DNA from: Octopus bimaculoides
Lineage: Eukaryota
DNA length: 64,000 nt
Reading direction: 5' to 3'
Assembly (NCBI RefSeq): GCF_001194135.2
Contig: NC_069008.1
Span: 9,576,976-9,640,975 of the forward strand
The notes under the pieces were generated by a model, which was not told the origin of the DNA, made no database searches, and saw nothing but the letters and a program-made list of their open reading frames with translations. Position numbers and translations under genes: made by a program. Shown piece after piece: positions 38,204 through 51,630 of this stretch; position 1 is the stretch's first letter, and each line of letters opens with the position of its first letter.

Positions 38204-38416
38204 TTGGGTTGGTGCATAATTATTGTGGATATTTTCCAAAAAATTTTATTCAACAAAAACATCTTTAAATGACGGTCTGACCATCTGCCAATCAAATGGG
38301 AAGCAGTAATTAAAGTAGATGGTGAATATGCTCCAGAATAATCATTTAAAGATGTTTTTGTTACATGTTGTTATTGTTTTTGTTGAAAAAACTGCAATAA
38401 TTATGCACCAACCCAA
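38204..38416. mobile_element. Mariner-derived MITE (213 bp)
   Basis: Perfect 22-bp TIRs TTGGGTTGGTGCATAATTATTG flanked by TA, with transposase C-terminal remnant LPIKWEAVIKVDGEYAPE*. Confidence 0.9.
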
Positions 38417-39529
38417 TACTTATTTACTTATTTTATATTCTATTAACTTTGCAACTTTTTAAGCAGAAAAATCTTCCAAAACAGTCAAACATCCATGAAG
38501 ATACAGGTGCAAAAATCTTATTTACTTATCTTATATATTGTTATTAATGTTTACCAGAAAAAAAATCAGCGTTCATTGAATAAAAATGAAAATATTGTTG
38601 TTGAGAGAGAGAGAGAGAGAGTGTGTGTGTGTGTGTGTGTGCATCTGTAGATAGAGAGAGAGAGTGAGAGAAAGAGAGAGAGGCAGCGTTCATCAATAAA
38701 GTAAAAACGATTTTGTTGAGAGAGAGAGAGAGAGAGAGCGCAAGAGGTGCTGTTTGATACCACTCCCTCACTCGTTATTACCATTTTGTCTCTTCTCTCT
38801 TTTTACTCTTACTTACACTGCTACTCCCTTATTGCATGATTTTGGACAAACTTACAAACAAGCTCATTATTATAATAGATTATAATAAATTATTTACATA
38901 TGAAAACTTTTAAAAATTAGGTTTTGTATAGTTGCACCAGGATGAGTTCAGACCAGTAGGTATCAAAAGACATATGCAGAAGCCAAACAAGCAAATGGTA
39001 TAAGAAGTTGAAAAAGCGATTTCCAAAATGTCAACATTACATCCATATGCACTTTCATGGACAACACCAGTGAAGCTCAAAGATCAACTTTAAATTTGTA
39101 TTTTGTTTCATTTAAGATGTGTGAACATTTTCAATATATTTTATATAGCAATTACAATTATATGTCAAGAATGCTTCCCAATCACCTAGTTTCTAGTTCA
39201 GTCCCACTGCATGGCACATTGGACAAGTGTCTTTGGGCCAACCAAAGCCTTGTGAGTGGATTTGTTAGATGGAAACTGAAAGAAGCATGTTGTATATAAG
39301 GTCCTGGGATGGTAGAAAGATAGAATATTTCCAATGCAGCACTCAACCTGAATTTTGGGCTATCTATACTGTCAGACTAATATCAAAATTCTTCAGGTGT
39401 AGAAAATCTGGGCTTCACAAAGGTAAAACCATTGTATGGGTTTTGTGAAGAGTTAGAGTGGCATTTCTTCAGACCTACATCAAAGGTATGCTCTTACATT
39501 GTGCATCTGCCAGGCTGTGTGTTTTGCTT

Positions 39530-40110
39530 ACATCAGGAGAAAACAAAAAGTAAATAGAATAAAGATGAAAATGTAAACAGACTGTGAAAAAATGAACAGG
39601 ACAAGAACTTTGCTAATACCAAAGTAGGTAAAAATATGGTTAGGAAATGAATAAGTAGTAGAAGAGGAAGAAGAAGGAAGAGACGGACAAGAATATGAAG
39701 TAGAAGAGGAAGAAGTGGGAGGAGAAAGAAGGAAGAGAAGAAACAGCAAACGAAAGTGAATAGTTGAAAAGGAGAAGAGGAGTGATGTGGATTGTGATGC
39801 CAGAATTACCAGTATCAAATTATAATGGAAAAGTGAAAAGTAATTTTGGTGTAGAATCATAAATATCTAGTGATAATAGAAAATAACAAATAAAAAAAAA
39901 GGAAAGCTGATTGTAAAACAATATCAACAAAGACAGCAACAATAATGAGAAGAAAATAATGATAGCAATACTACTACTATTATTAATAGTAATAAAGATA
40001 ATAATACTAATATTAAAAATAATATAAAAGATAATAACAGCAATAACCACTACAGAAGAGGCAGTTGAAACTTTAATGATGATTAAGACTAAAGGAAGAT
40101 AATGTTGTCG
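39530..40110. repeat. Purine-rich (GAA)/(ATA) low-complexity tract
   Basis: Directly visible. Confidence 0.8.
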
Positions 40111-40205
40111 ACTGTAAAAGAAGCTTGATGGATATAGGCAATAAACCACATGAGTAAAGTGAGAAGGATGGAAATGAAGCTAACCAGAATTATTCCTGGT
40201 GACCT

Positions 40206-40578
40206 TATGTTGTTGTTGTTGGCACTCCGTCGCTTACAACGTCGAGGGTTCCAGTTGATCCAATCAACGGAAGAGCCTGCTCGTGAAATTAACATGCAAG
40301 TGGCTGAGAACTCCACAGACATGTGTCCCCTTAACGTAGTTCTCGGGGATATTCAGCGTGACACAGTGTGACAAGGCTGACCCTTTGAATTACAGGCAGA
40401 ACAGAAACAGGAAGTAAGAGTGAGAGAAAGTTGTGGTTCGCCACCATCCCCTGCCGCAGCCTCATGGAGCTTTAGGTGTTTTCGCTCAATAAACACTCAC
40501 AACGCCCAGTCTGGGAATCGAAACCGCGATCCTATGACCGCGAGTCCGCTGCCCTAACCACTGGGCCATTGTGCCTCC
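40206..40578 (-). mobile_element. tRNA-derived SINE, family C, with (CAA)n tail
   Basis: Head GGAGGCACAATGGCCCAGTGGTTAGGGCAGCGGACTCGCGG...GGTTTCGATTCCC carries A and B boxes, followed by a non-tRNA body and CAACAACAAC tail. Confidence 0.85.
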
Positions 40579-41194
40579 ACTGGTGACCTTATACACAAAA
40601 CTATACATACACACACATATGCAAATGCACATGCATACACACACACATACACATGGGAAAAAACCGTGCATGCACACACATACACACACACAAAAATATG
40701 GGGAAAGAAACTTAATTTGCAGCAATAAGTATAACCCTACCAATTCAGTAACTTGGGCTGAGTTTGCACCTATAGTTACATTGAAATTTTCTAGTCTGTC
40801 CTTATGAAGTTGTCATTCAAAGTGAATATTGTTTTCCTAGCTGCTAATATTGGGTTGGTGTCCTTAAATAAAAAGGTGTTCAATACGGCAAAGATTAAAG
40901 CCTTACTGAGAAGTATAAGTTTAATAGATGAGTAGTACAAGTTGATATCTATCTGTATGAATTTTTGTGTATTTTGTAAAGTAAATTCTTAAACCAGTCA
41001 ATAACATCAGTTGTGTCTGACCAAAGATCTAGTTTCATAACGTTCCTCAATGTAGGAAGTACCATATCTATAATGGTTTTGTGATTGCAAATATGTCAAT
41101 TTTCATTCGGAACTTTTGTGTGAGCTTACATTAAAAGCTGAGCTCGTATAAAAACAATTGTAACTGACCATTAAAGATGTATGGAAGTCTTCTT

Positions 41195-41583
41195 ATTAAG
41201 ATCGTTGCCAGTGCCCCTGGACTGGTTCTTGTGCGGGTGGCACATGAGATGCACCATTTTGAGCGTGGCCGTTGCCAGTACCGCCTGACTGGCTCCCGTA
41301 GGATTTTCGAGCGAGATCGTTGCCAGTGCCCCTGGACTGGCTTGTGCGGGTGGCACATAAAAGACACCATTTCGAGCGTGGCCGTTTTCGTGCGGGTGAC
41401 ACGTAAAAGCACTCACTACACTCTCTGAGTGGTTGGCGTTAGGAAGGGCATCCAGCTGTAGAAACTCTGCTAAATTAGACTGGAGCCTGGTGTTGCCATC
41501 CGGTTTCACCAGTCCTCAGTCAAATCGTCCAACCCATGCTAGCGGACGTTAAACGATGATGATGATGATGATGATGATGATGA
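41195..41583 (+). mobile_element. RTE LINE 3' UTR copy, young
   Basis: Has internal ~45-bp duplications and a (GAT)n tail, and is nearly identical to the reverse complement of 63785-64000. Confidence 0.85.
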
Positions 41584-42049
41584 TATGTATGTATATATGC
41601 ATATATGTGTGTGTCTTAGTGTTTGTCCCTCACTATTGCTTGGTATGCTTACACCCCTCTAACTTAGCAGTTAAACAAAAGAGACTGATAGAACAAGTAC
41701 TAGGCCAAAGAAAAATTCTAAAATTCTTCAAGGTGGTGCCCCAGCATGACCACAGTCTAATCACTGAAACAAGTAAAAAAATTAAAAGACAATAACAATA
41801 AGAGGCAGTGTTTATTATAAGCAAGAGATACTTTTTTATCGAGATTTCATTGCTCATAATTACAGGTAAATATTATACAAGCATATATTATCACTAACAA
41901 GTATAGTGTATGTATGTAGTATGTATGTGGTGGATACACATACCTATAACAATACAGGTTTCCACGGGGACAAACAAATTCTACTCACAAAAGCATTTAG
42001 AGTACCCCCAATTATAATTTAGAGAGGTGTATTACCAATTGTTACTTAC

Positions 42050-42117
42050 TGAGGAGTATCACTTATTTTCAAAACAGAACGTTCTGGTATAGAGAAATGC
42101 TTCTCCCTTTTTTCATC
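42050..42117 (-). CDS. MAN2A1: Golgi alpha-mannosidase II, 68-nt exon
   Basis: TTTTTACTACAG|GAT...CCT CA|GTAAGT, encoding DEKREKHFSIPERSVLKISDTP(Q). Phases 0/2 bridge the flanking exons exactly. Not in the ORF track. Confidence 0.9.
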
Positions 42118-42589
42118 CTGTAGTAAAAAAAAAAGGAATAGTTTGTAATTTACTCACAGTATTTTCATTTGTGAGAAATAGCAACCAAATCTTCCTCAAA
42201 TCACACTTTACAATGCATGACACAGAAGTAGATAAAACAACGATATTCCTAAAATGATGTATCAAAATTTTTACTATGTGTCACAAAGGACAAAAACAAA
42301 TTTCAAGCTATGCCTCTTTTTGATATCAACCACCCTGATACAGCTCTCGATTCTCCTGAGATACAAACTTTCTGTTTTAAAGTGATCTGACCGAACATTT
42401 ATTGAAGAATATCTCCAATGAATACTTATAAAGGAGTAGCTTCAATTACTATTTACTGCATCAGACTCTCTATTTCTCTTTCAGTATCCTGAATCAACAA
42501 CCTTTTGTAATTACTTTCACGCCAGGTTTCTTTTCAGTCATGGAAGTGCTTACAAATGAAAGAAAATCAAAAGCAGTCATTCAACTCAC

Positions 42590-42704
42590 AACATTAAACA
42601 TAGGTTTTTCTTTGGAGTAGCTGTATTTGCTTTTCTCTTTCATCATTAAAAATGTGATTGATTCTGTTGTCAGTCTCTTCATATCCATCATAGCAGTCAG
42701 CAAC
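42590..42704 (-). CDS. MAN2A1: Golgi alpha-mannosidase II, 115-nt exon
   Basis: TTTTTCAG|G TTG...GTT|GTGAGT, encoding (R)LLTAMMDMKRLTTESITFLMMKEKSKYSYSKEKPMFNV, which continues DYGD-R in phase. Not in the ORF track. Confidence 0.9.
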
Positions 42705-43182
42705 CTGAAAAAGAGAAAAAAAAACAGATTCCCTTATTCCTTTATTTGTATATTTATTTCTTTATCTTTGTAATGGATCCAGGCTTTGAACTACAGCTAT
42801 GATAGAGCACTTCCTTCAGGTAGTGTGTGTGCCTATATATATGTGTACACACACATACACACAAAATCTTCCCAGTTGGGGAGACAATGTAGTCACCTCT
42901 TCAGCCATACACCTGCCCTGTCTCTCATACTTTCATAGTAATATACTCCACAGAGCTGAGAGGCCTTGTCTTGCAAATACTTTCTAGCCTCACTAGTGCT
43001 GGTGACACAGAAAAAGCAACCAGTATACCCTGTGAAGTGGTTGACATTAGAAAGAACATCCCACTGTAGAAACCTTGCCAAAACAAACATTAGACTTCAG
43101 TGCAGCCTTTTGGCTCATCAGTTCCAGTCAAACCATCCAACCCATGACAGCATGAAAAAAGGTATGTGAAACAATAATGTGA

Positions 43183-43222
<40 letters not shown>

Positions 43223-43248
43223 AATAATAGGGTTATGGACACTCACAT

Positions 43249-43305
43249 ACAAAACTTCAAGTTTCTGTGTCTATGATACAACAATCACTGCACTTCTTCA
43301 GCAGT
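43249..43305 (-). ncRNA. Hammerhead-like motif in a 3-copy repeat family
   Basis: actg-CTGAAGA...GAAA-C-TTGAA-GTT-ttgt; homologous to 47977 and 53874. Confidence 0.35.
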
Positions 43306-43353
43306 CACAAGTCCAGTGTCCATAACACCATCAATTACAAACATGCAGTTTAT

Positions 43354-43388
<35 letters not shown>

Positions 43389-44536
43389 CACACACAAACA
43401 TGGCTACATGGTTAAGAGGCTTGCTTCCCAAACATGTGGTCTTGTTTAGGGTTCAGTCTTACTGAGTAGCACCTTGAGCAAGTATCTCATGCTATAGCCA
43501 AACACTTGTGAGTGGATCTGATGTATGGAAACTGAAAGAAGCCTGCTGTATACATGTGTGACATCATGTGATGGTTGTGAACCAACTTTCATAAAATACA
43601 TGCCTGGCCATGAGTAAACATTATCATGCTTGGAGTGATTGGATGTTAGGAAGGGCATTCAGCTGTAGAAACCAAGCCAAAATCAAACTGGAGCTTGGTA
43701 CAGCTCTCCAGCTTACCAGTTCCAGTCAAACCATCTAACTCATGTCAGCATGGAAAGTGGGCCTTAAATGAAAATGATACAATGATAATATATATATATC
43801 CCATCATTAGCATCTTCATTGTCATTTAATGTCCACTTTTCCATGCTTGCATTGGTTAGACAGAACTTGTTGGGGCAGATTTTCTGTGGCTTGATACCTT
43901 TCCTGTTATCAACACTCACTTGTTTTCAAGCATGATGTTTACCCATGGCCAGGAATGTGTTTTATGGAAGTTGGTTCACAACCATCACATGATGTCACAT
44001 ACACAAACACATACATATATATAGCAGGCTACTTTCAGTTTCCATATATCAAATCCATTCACAAGGGTTTAGGTATAGTAGGAGATACTTGCTCAAGGTG
44101 CTGCATAGTGGGACTGAACCCTAGACAAGACCACATGTTTCAGAAGCAAGATTCTTAACCATGTAACCATGTTTGTGTGTGTGTGGGTGTGTGTGTGTAT
44201 AGGCTGTACGGATTTTGAATGTTGTTTTCACTGTCCATTTTTTCCTGTCTTGGTTTGTGTTTGCCACCTTGGAATCCTCTGTGTAGTGGGTTGATCCACT
44301 ACTCAGGAAGAGACTATTCTAGAGTACGTTCTGTCTTGTCTTCGAAAGGTCTAGATAGAATAGAGACAGCTGATGAAGGGATATTCCAAGTGGCTTTCCG
44401 TTTTTCTATGTGTTCGTTCCATTGTCTGTAGTTTATTGTTCTAACGTCCTGTACCCTGATATGCATGTATATACACATGTAGATGTAAGTATGTACATAT
44501 ATGTGTGTATACATGTAGATATATTCTTTGTATTAT

Positions 44537-44575
<39 letters not shown>

Positions 44576-44576
44576 C

Positions 44577-47470
44577 GGCACTCAGATATTTTCCATGGGG
44601 TGTATGGGGGACATGGAATTGGTTCCCAAAATGAGAAGGATATAAGGCTGCTGAAATTCTGTGACTTCAGAAAGCCAGCCAGTCACTTGATAACCTATAA
44701 ATTCAGTGACCGCGCTAGATAGATTGACTACATTCTCACCAGAAAGTGAGATTCATGGCTGCTCATAAATGCAAAGGCCTTTACTGGAGAAGAATATATT
44801 CCCCATAGCATAGGTTACTCACTGGGGACCTCAAGCTACTGGCTCGTGAGATTCCAAGAAGCAAGCCAGTTTGGGAAAGAAGGGTATGGAAGCTTAAGGA
44901 TCCTTTGATTAACCAGAGATTTAGAGATGTCCTAAGTGAAGCATATGATGGAAAGGAAGAGGAGTTATAGACTTGTAGCATAGAGTGGAAGTTCTTATGG
45001 CACAACTTGATGAATGTCACACACTAAATTTGTGGCTGGTGCAAAATCCCAACTAGACCTAGGGTGACGTCATGGTGGAACAGGGTAGTTGACAGAGCCA
45101 TTAGAGAAAAGAAACATGCTTGGACGGACTGGAAGGGGGTGGTAACAAGGAGTTATATCAGGCAGCTAGAAAGAAGGCATACTTGCAGGAGAAGTACCTA
45201 GCCAGAGATAAACCTCTGTACTTGGCTTTAGCTGACATGGAGAAAGCCTTTTAAACATAAAGGGAAAAGTTTGCCAATGTCTTACAGCATGAGGACCAGA
45301 CAATTGTTTCAGCTGGCAAGACAATGTGCCAGGGAAAATCGTGATGTTGAGGGAGAGAAATGTGTTTGCATGGACAATGGTTCACTTGCAGTTCGTGAAA
45401 TAAAGAGGCTTGGACACGTCACTATGAAAGACTACTAAATGTAGAAAACGCATGAGAGAAGGAGAGTTTGCCTAAAGTGGATCCAACAGAGGTACCAGCA
45501 ATTTGAATAGACAGTAGCATGGTAGATAAAGCCATCAAGGATATGAAGACCAGGAAAGCTCTTGGCCCATCAGGAATCACTGCTGAGATGCTAAAATAAT
45601 CTGGCAGTGTGGGGTATGGATTAGTTACCTGTATAGTAAATCAGATTGTACATGAGCGAGTCAGAGGCATACTCAATGGCTGGTGTAGCAGCACCATAGT
45701 CAACTGCTGCAAAGGTAAAGGTGATGCCTTGGACAAATAATTACAGAAGAATCAAACTGTTAGATCAGGTGATGAAAGTTACGGTGAGGGTCATAGCCTA
45801 ACTAATTAGGACAAGAGTTAGTCCAGATGAGAAGCAGTTTGGTTTTGTGCCAGGGAGAAGTACTACTGATGCTATATTTCTGGTAAGGCAGCTGCAGGAG
45901 AAGTACCTAACCAAAGATAAACCTCTTGGCTTTTGCTGACATGGAGAAAGTCTTTGGACAGGGTCCCTCAATCCCTTATCTGATGGTCAATGCAAAAACT
46001 AGGGATAGACAAGCAGTTGGTGAGAGCAGTACAAGCCATGTACATGGATGGCACTAATAAGGTGAAGGTTGGCAATGAGTAAAGCGATGAATTCAGGGTA
46101 CAGGTAGGGGTTCACCAAGGATCAATCCTCAACCCCCTCATTATAGTACTCCAGGCAATAACAGAGGAATTTAAGACAGGCTACCCCTGGGAGTTCTTCT
46201 ATGCTGATGGCCATGTTTTCATAGCCAAATCACTTCCAGAACTGGAGAAGAAATTTCAGGTGTGGAAGCAAGGTCTAGAGATAATCTAGCAAAAACCAAA
46301 GTCTTAGTGAGTAGGAAAGCAGACAAATCACAAATCCCTTCAGGTAGATAGCCCTGCTCAATCTGTAGAAAAGAATAGGTAGAAACTCCATAAGATGTAC
46401 CCAGTGTAAGCTATGGATACATAAGAGGTGTAGCAACATCAGAGGAAGTTAACTGGGAAAATAGTTTTTGTGTGTGTGTAAGGTGTACAAGTACAATAAA
46501 CACCACAAATGCACAGAAAATAGATGCCATCAAATGCCAGGGGGGTAAGTGGAGGTGGATGCTCCGAGAGTGTAGCTGCAAGAATAACAATAGGATGGGC
46601 AAAGTTCAGAGTGTTCCTATTTCTGTTGGTACCAAAGGGCCTCTCCCTCAGAGTGAAAGGCAGACTGTATGATGCCTGTGTTTGAACAGTTGTGCTACAT
46701 GGCAGTAAAACATGGGCTATGACTGCTGAGGACATGAGTAATCTTGAAAGAAATGAAGCAGGGTATGCGTCGCTGGATGCACAAAGTCAGTGTGCATGCA
46801 TGACAGAGTGTAAGCATCTTGAGAGAAAAGCTGGGCATAAGAGGCATCAGATGTTATGTGCAAGGGAGACAACTGCATTTATATGGTCATATGATGCATA
46901 TGGATGAGAACAACCGTGTAAAGAAGTGCCAATCTCTAACTGTGAAGGGAACCTGTGGAAGAGGTAGACCAGGAAGACATGGAATGAGGTGGTGAAGCAT
47001 GGTCTTCAAATGTTGGGTCTAATGGAGATGATGAGTGACTGAGAGCTCTGGCAATATGCTGTGTGTAAGATGACTCACCAGGCCAAGTAAAATCATAGTT
47101 GTGGCCATGCAAGTGCCATATAAATGACACCCAATGCATCGAGGTCATGGTCATTCATGGTACCTGTGTATCATAGTCATGGTCATCGATGGTGTCATGT
47201 AAATTGGTATCCAGGAATTGTTGTCATGGCAGTGCCATGTAAATGGCACCTGTGAGTTTTCATTACTGGCACCCATGAATTGTAGTCATGGTTGCATGTA
47301 AAAGTATCCATTACACTCCTGGAGTGGTTCATGTTAGGAAGGGCATCCAACTGTAGAAACCATGCCAAATCAAACTGGAACTTGGTGCAGCGCTCTGGCT
47401 CATCAGTTCCAGTGAAACTGTCTAACCCATGCCAGCATGGAGAAGTGGACATTAAATGATGATGATAATG
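44577..47470 (+). mobile_element. Decayed RTE LINE with 3' UTR and (GAT)n tail
   Basis: Homologous throughout to 5330-7848 (IDYIL, ADMEK, HQGSIL, YAD, LHGSKTW), with many stops. Confidence 0.88.
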
Positions 47471-47473
47471 ATA

Positions 47474-47534
<61 letters not shown>

Positions 47535-47540
47535 ACAAAC

Positions 47541-47705
47541 TAGGCATAGGAGTGACTGTGTGGTAAGTAGCTTGCTTACCAACCACATGGTTCCAGGTTC
47601 AGTCCCACTGAGTGGCACCTTGGGCAACTGTCTTCTATTATAGCCTCGGGCCGACCAAAGCCTTGTGAGTGGATTTGGTAGACGGAAACTGAAAGAAGCC
47701 CGTCG

Positions 47706-47747
<42 letters not shown>

Positions 47748-47937
47748 TCCCCCCCCAACATCACTTGACAACCGATGCTGGTGTGTTTATGTTCCTGTAA
47801 CTTAGCAGTTCGGCAAAAGATACCGATAGAATAAGTACTAGGCCTACAAAGAATAAGTCCTGGAGTCGATTTGCTCGACTAAAGGCGGTGCTCCAGTATG
47901 GCCACAGTCAAATGACTGAAACAAGTAAAAGAGTAAA
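47541..47937 (+). mobile_element. tRNA-derived SINE, family A, full length
   Basis: Near-identical to the reverse complement of 102-490. Confidence 0.88.
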
Positions 47938-47976
47938 CTACATGTAGTTGATGGTACTACAGGCACTGGACTTGTG

Positions 47977-48033
47977 ACAGCTGAAGAAATGCAGTGATTG
48001 TCACATCATTGACACAGAAACCTGAAGTTCTAT
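47977..48033 (+). ncRNA. Hammerhead-like motif in a 3-copy repeat family
   Basis: acag-CTGAAGA(47981-47987)...GAAA(48017-48020)-C-CTGAA-GTT-ctat; stem II is non-canonical. Confidence 0.4.
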
Positions 48034-48069
48034 ATGTGAGTGTCCATAATTGTATCATTCAACATATAT

Positions 48070-49150
48070 ATTGGGTTGGTTTTTTATTGTGAAATAAATC
48101 ATTTTTTTCATACAAAGAGTGAACTTTAATCAATTAAATATTTTCCATTTCGCTTGGTGACTTTTTGCCATCTTTCTGGCAACTTCATTTTCCATGCTGG
48201 CATGGGTTGGATGGTTCGACGGGGGTCTGGGAAGCCAGGAGGCTGCAGCAGGCCCCAATCAACCAAAAACTGAAGCAAGTACAATTTCAGGTCATCATCA
48301 TTATTGAAAGTTTTACCATTCAAAGAATCTTGCAAACTTCAATGTTGCAAGGTCAGGGCTATATGGTGGATGTTACATCATTTCTCAACCAAGTTCCAAT
48401 AATTTTTCATGAGTTAGCAATGACGTGTGGTTTAATGTTGTCATAGTGGAAAACGATTTCTTTACGATTTGTCAATTCTGGCTGTTTTTCTTTGATTGCT
48501 TCCCCCAGTTTCATTAGTTGATGACAGTAAACATATGAATTGATTGTTTGGTTCCTTGAAAGCAGCTCAAAATACACAACACTTTTGTAATCTCACTGAA
48601 TTGACAGCATGGCCTTTTTTTGATGCAATTCAGCTTTTGATGTGGTTTGTGCTGGTTCATTATACTTGGACCATGATCATTTTTGATTGATGTTATGGTA
48701 GACAATCCATTTTTCATCACCAGTGATGATTCGTTTCAAAAACAGGTCAATTTTAATGTGTTTGAGATGCATATCACAAATATTGATTCATTGTGTTAAG
48801 TGAATCTCTTTCAATTTATGTGGAACCCAAATATCAAGCTTCTTAACAAGTTCAAGACATTTTAAGTGGTTTTCAATTGTTATGTATAATACATTTAACC
48901 TCTCTGCAATCTCCCACATAGTTTTATGACAATCAGATTCAATTATGGCTGATTCGGTCATCATCAACTTCAGTAGGTCGATCAGAACGTTAGTCATCTT
49001 TTTTGGACTGTGTTTTGGCACTTTGACTCTATCCAACCACCATGCAGAACACTTGCTATTGTTGAAAAGAATCCATTTTTCATCACCAGTGATGATTCGT
49101 TTCAAAAACAGGTCAATTTTAATGTGTTTGAGATGCATATCACAAATATT
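48070..49150 (-). pseudogene. Degenerate mariner transposase(s), interrupted by an RTE tail fragment
   Basis: Motifs KKLDIWVPH, KRIITGDEKWI and LPERWQKVTKRNGKYLID*. It runs into an N gap. Confidence 0.8.
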
Positions 49151-50600
49151 NNNNNNNNNNNNNNNNNNNNNNNNNNNNNNNNNNNNNNNNNNNNNNNNNN
49201 NNNNNNNNNNNNNNNNNNNNNNNNNNNNNNNNNNNNNNNNNNNNNNNNNNNNNNNNNNNNNNNNNNNNNNNNNNNNNNNNNNNNNNNNNNNNNNNNNNNN
49301 NNNNNNNNNNNNNNNNNNNNNNNNNNNNNNNNNNNNNNNNNNNNNNNNNNNNNNNNNNNNNNNNNNNNNNNNNNNNNNNNNNNNNNNNNNNNNNNNNNNN
49401 NNNNNNNNNNNNNNNNNNNNNNNNNNNNNNNNNNNNNNNNNNNNNNNNNNNNNNNNNNNNNNNNNNNNNNNNNNNNNNNNNNNNNNNNNNNNNNNNNNNN
49501 NNNNNNNNNNNNNNNNNNNNNNNNNNNNNNNNNNNNNNNNNNNNNNNNNNNNNNNNNNNNNNNNNNNNNNNNNNNNNNNNNNNNNNNNNNNNNNNNNNNN
49601 NNNNNNNNNNNNNNNNNNNNNNNNNNNNNNNNNNNNNNNNNNNNNNNNNNNNNNNNNNNNNNNNNNNNNNNNNNNNNNNNNNNNNNNNNNNNNNNNNNNN
49701 NNNNNNNNNNNNNNNNNNNNNNNNNNNNNNNNNNNNNNNNNNNNNNNNNNNNNNNNNNNNNNNNNNNNNNNNNNNNNNNNNNNNNNNNNNNNNNNNNNNN
49801 NNNNNNNNNNNNNNNNNNNNNNNNNNNNNNNNNNNNNNNNNNNNNNNNNNNNNNNNNNNNNNNNNNNNNNNNNNNNNNNNNNNNNNNNNNNNNNNNNNNN
49901 NNNNNNNNNNNNNNATATAGCTGAGTTTGTGAGTGTGTGTGTGTGTGTGTGTTACATCTATAGAAATCCACATTTTCCACTTTTTCGTAAAAATGTTTAC
50001 ATCGATGGAATTTTCTCCATGTGAACTTTCCAGTGCAGTAATTAGATTTTTAAAATTCCGCTTACTTTGTGTGATTTAAGGGAGATTTGGCTGTTGTTTC
50101 TAGCAACTTTTATATTTCTTCACTTCTACCTGGAACAGCGTTCTTACACATGCGCTCAACATAAAAATATAGAGAGTAAGAGCAAAAGAGGGAGAGAGAG
50201 AAAGTGATACATACAAAGTCATAGATTAAACTTTCCTCTCAGTGTTCTTTACTTATTTTTCATAACATTGATATGTAAAAACACACACAACCACACATAC
50301 GTGATCTGTGACAACATACACATTGCTCACGTTCTCTATTCCTTTCTCCTCCTCTTCCTCTCTCGCTCTCTCAAACGCATACACGTGCAAGTAAACACAT
50401 TCAGTCACAAAAATATAACTCATGTTCGTCAATGTGACATAACTACAGAGTTGTNNNNNNNNNNTTTAACTACCTCTATTCCTTTCTACCCCTCTCTCTA
50501 CCTCTTCCTCTCTCACACGCATACACGTGCAAGTACACAACCATTCAGTAAAATATAACTCATGTTCGTCAATGTTTTGTAAATATACCACGATTTTCAC

Positions 50601-50666
50601 TAGGGTGTTAGGGTTAGGGTTTGTGTTAGGGTTAGTGTTAGGATTAAGTTTAGGATTAGGGTTAGG
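50601..50666 (+). repeat. Interstitial telomere-like (TTAGGG)n tract
   Basis: Four exact TTAGGG plus TTAGGA, TTAGTG and TTAGGT variants. Confidence 0.8.
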
Positions 50667-51630
50667 TAACCGTGCGGGTGTTAATCTAAAAAATTACAGA
50701 TATGTGAAAAGTACTGACCCTGCCAACTATTATAACTTTTATTGTTCTGTTTAATATATACATAGATTATGCCTCCAAAGAAGAGAGTTTGTTGGGGAAA
50801 GAAAGCAACCGGTTTAAATAGACAGCAACAGACTGCAGCAATTCACCACATTCCAGAAGCTTTGAACATAATGCAAAATGGTGCATCAACATCTGCCCAA
50901 TCTGATAGAATTTTGTGTAGCAACAGATCGCCAGCAATTGCTTCATCACAAATTGCCGTCCTAGCTCCTGCGAAAAGGGATTACCCTGCTATGTATAATC
51001 AGGGCAGCACAAAAAGTTGTTTTGCACAAGCATTTGTATAGCCAATTAGACGGATGAAATTTACGTATNNNNNNNNNNNNNNNNNNNNNNNNNNNNNNNN
51101 NNNNNNNNNNNNNNNNNNNNNNNNNNNNNNNNNNNNNNNNNNNNNNNNNNNNNNNNNNNNNNNNNNNNNNNNNNNNNNNNNNNNNNNNNNNNNNNNNNNN
51201 NNNNNNNNNNNNNNNNNNNNNNNNNNNNNNNNNNNNNNNNNNNNNNNNNNNNNNNNNNNNNNNNNNNNNNNNNNNNNNNNNNNNNNNNNNNNNNNNNNNN
51301 NNNNNNNNNNNNNNNNNNNNNNNNNNNNNNNNNNNNNNNNNNNNNNNNNNNNNNNNNNNNNNNNNNNNNNNNNNNNNNNNNNNNNNNNNNNNNNNNNNNN
51401 NNNNNNNNNNNNNNNNNNNNNNNNNNNNNNNNNNNNNNNNNNNNNNNNNNNNNNNNNNNNNNNNNNNNNNNNNNNNNNNNNNNNNNNNNNNNNNNNNNNN
51501 NNNNNNNNNNNNNNNNNNNNNNNNNNNNNNNNNNNNNNNNNNNNNNNNNNNNNNNNNNNNNNNNNNNNNNNNNNNNNNNNNNNNNNNNNNNNNNNNNNNN
51601 NNNNNNNNNNNNNNNNNNNNNNNNNNNNNT

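Noticed and set aside
40500-40578. tRNA gene
   Set aside because: The A and B boxes continue into a SINE body and (CAA)n tail, and no complete cloverleaf is evident.
44370-44420. CTGATGA as a hammerhead core
   Set aside because: No downstream GAAA, stem III or matching stem I.
48707-49150. Identical ~80-bp mariner segment occurring twice
   Set aside because: The second copy abuts an N gap, and exact identity within otherwise decayed sequence suggests an assembly or gap-fill artefact.
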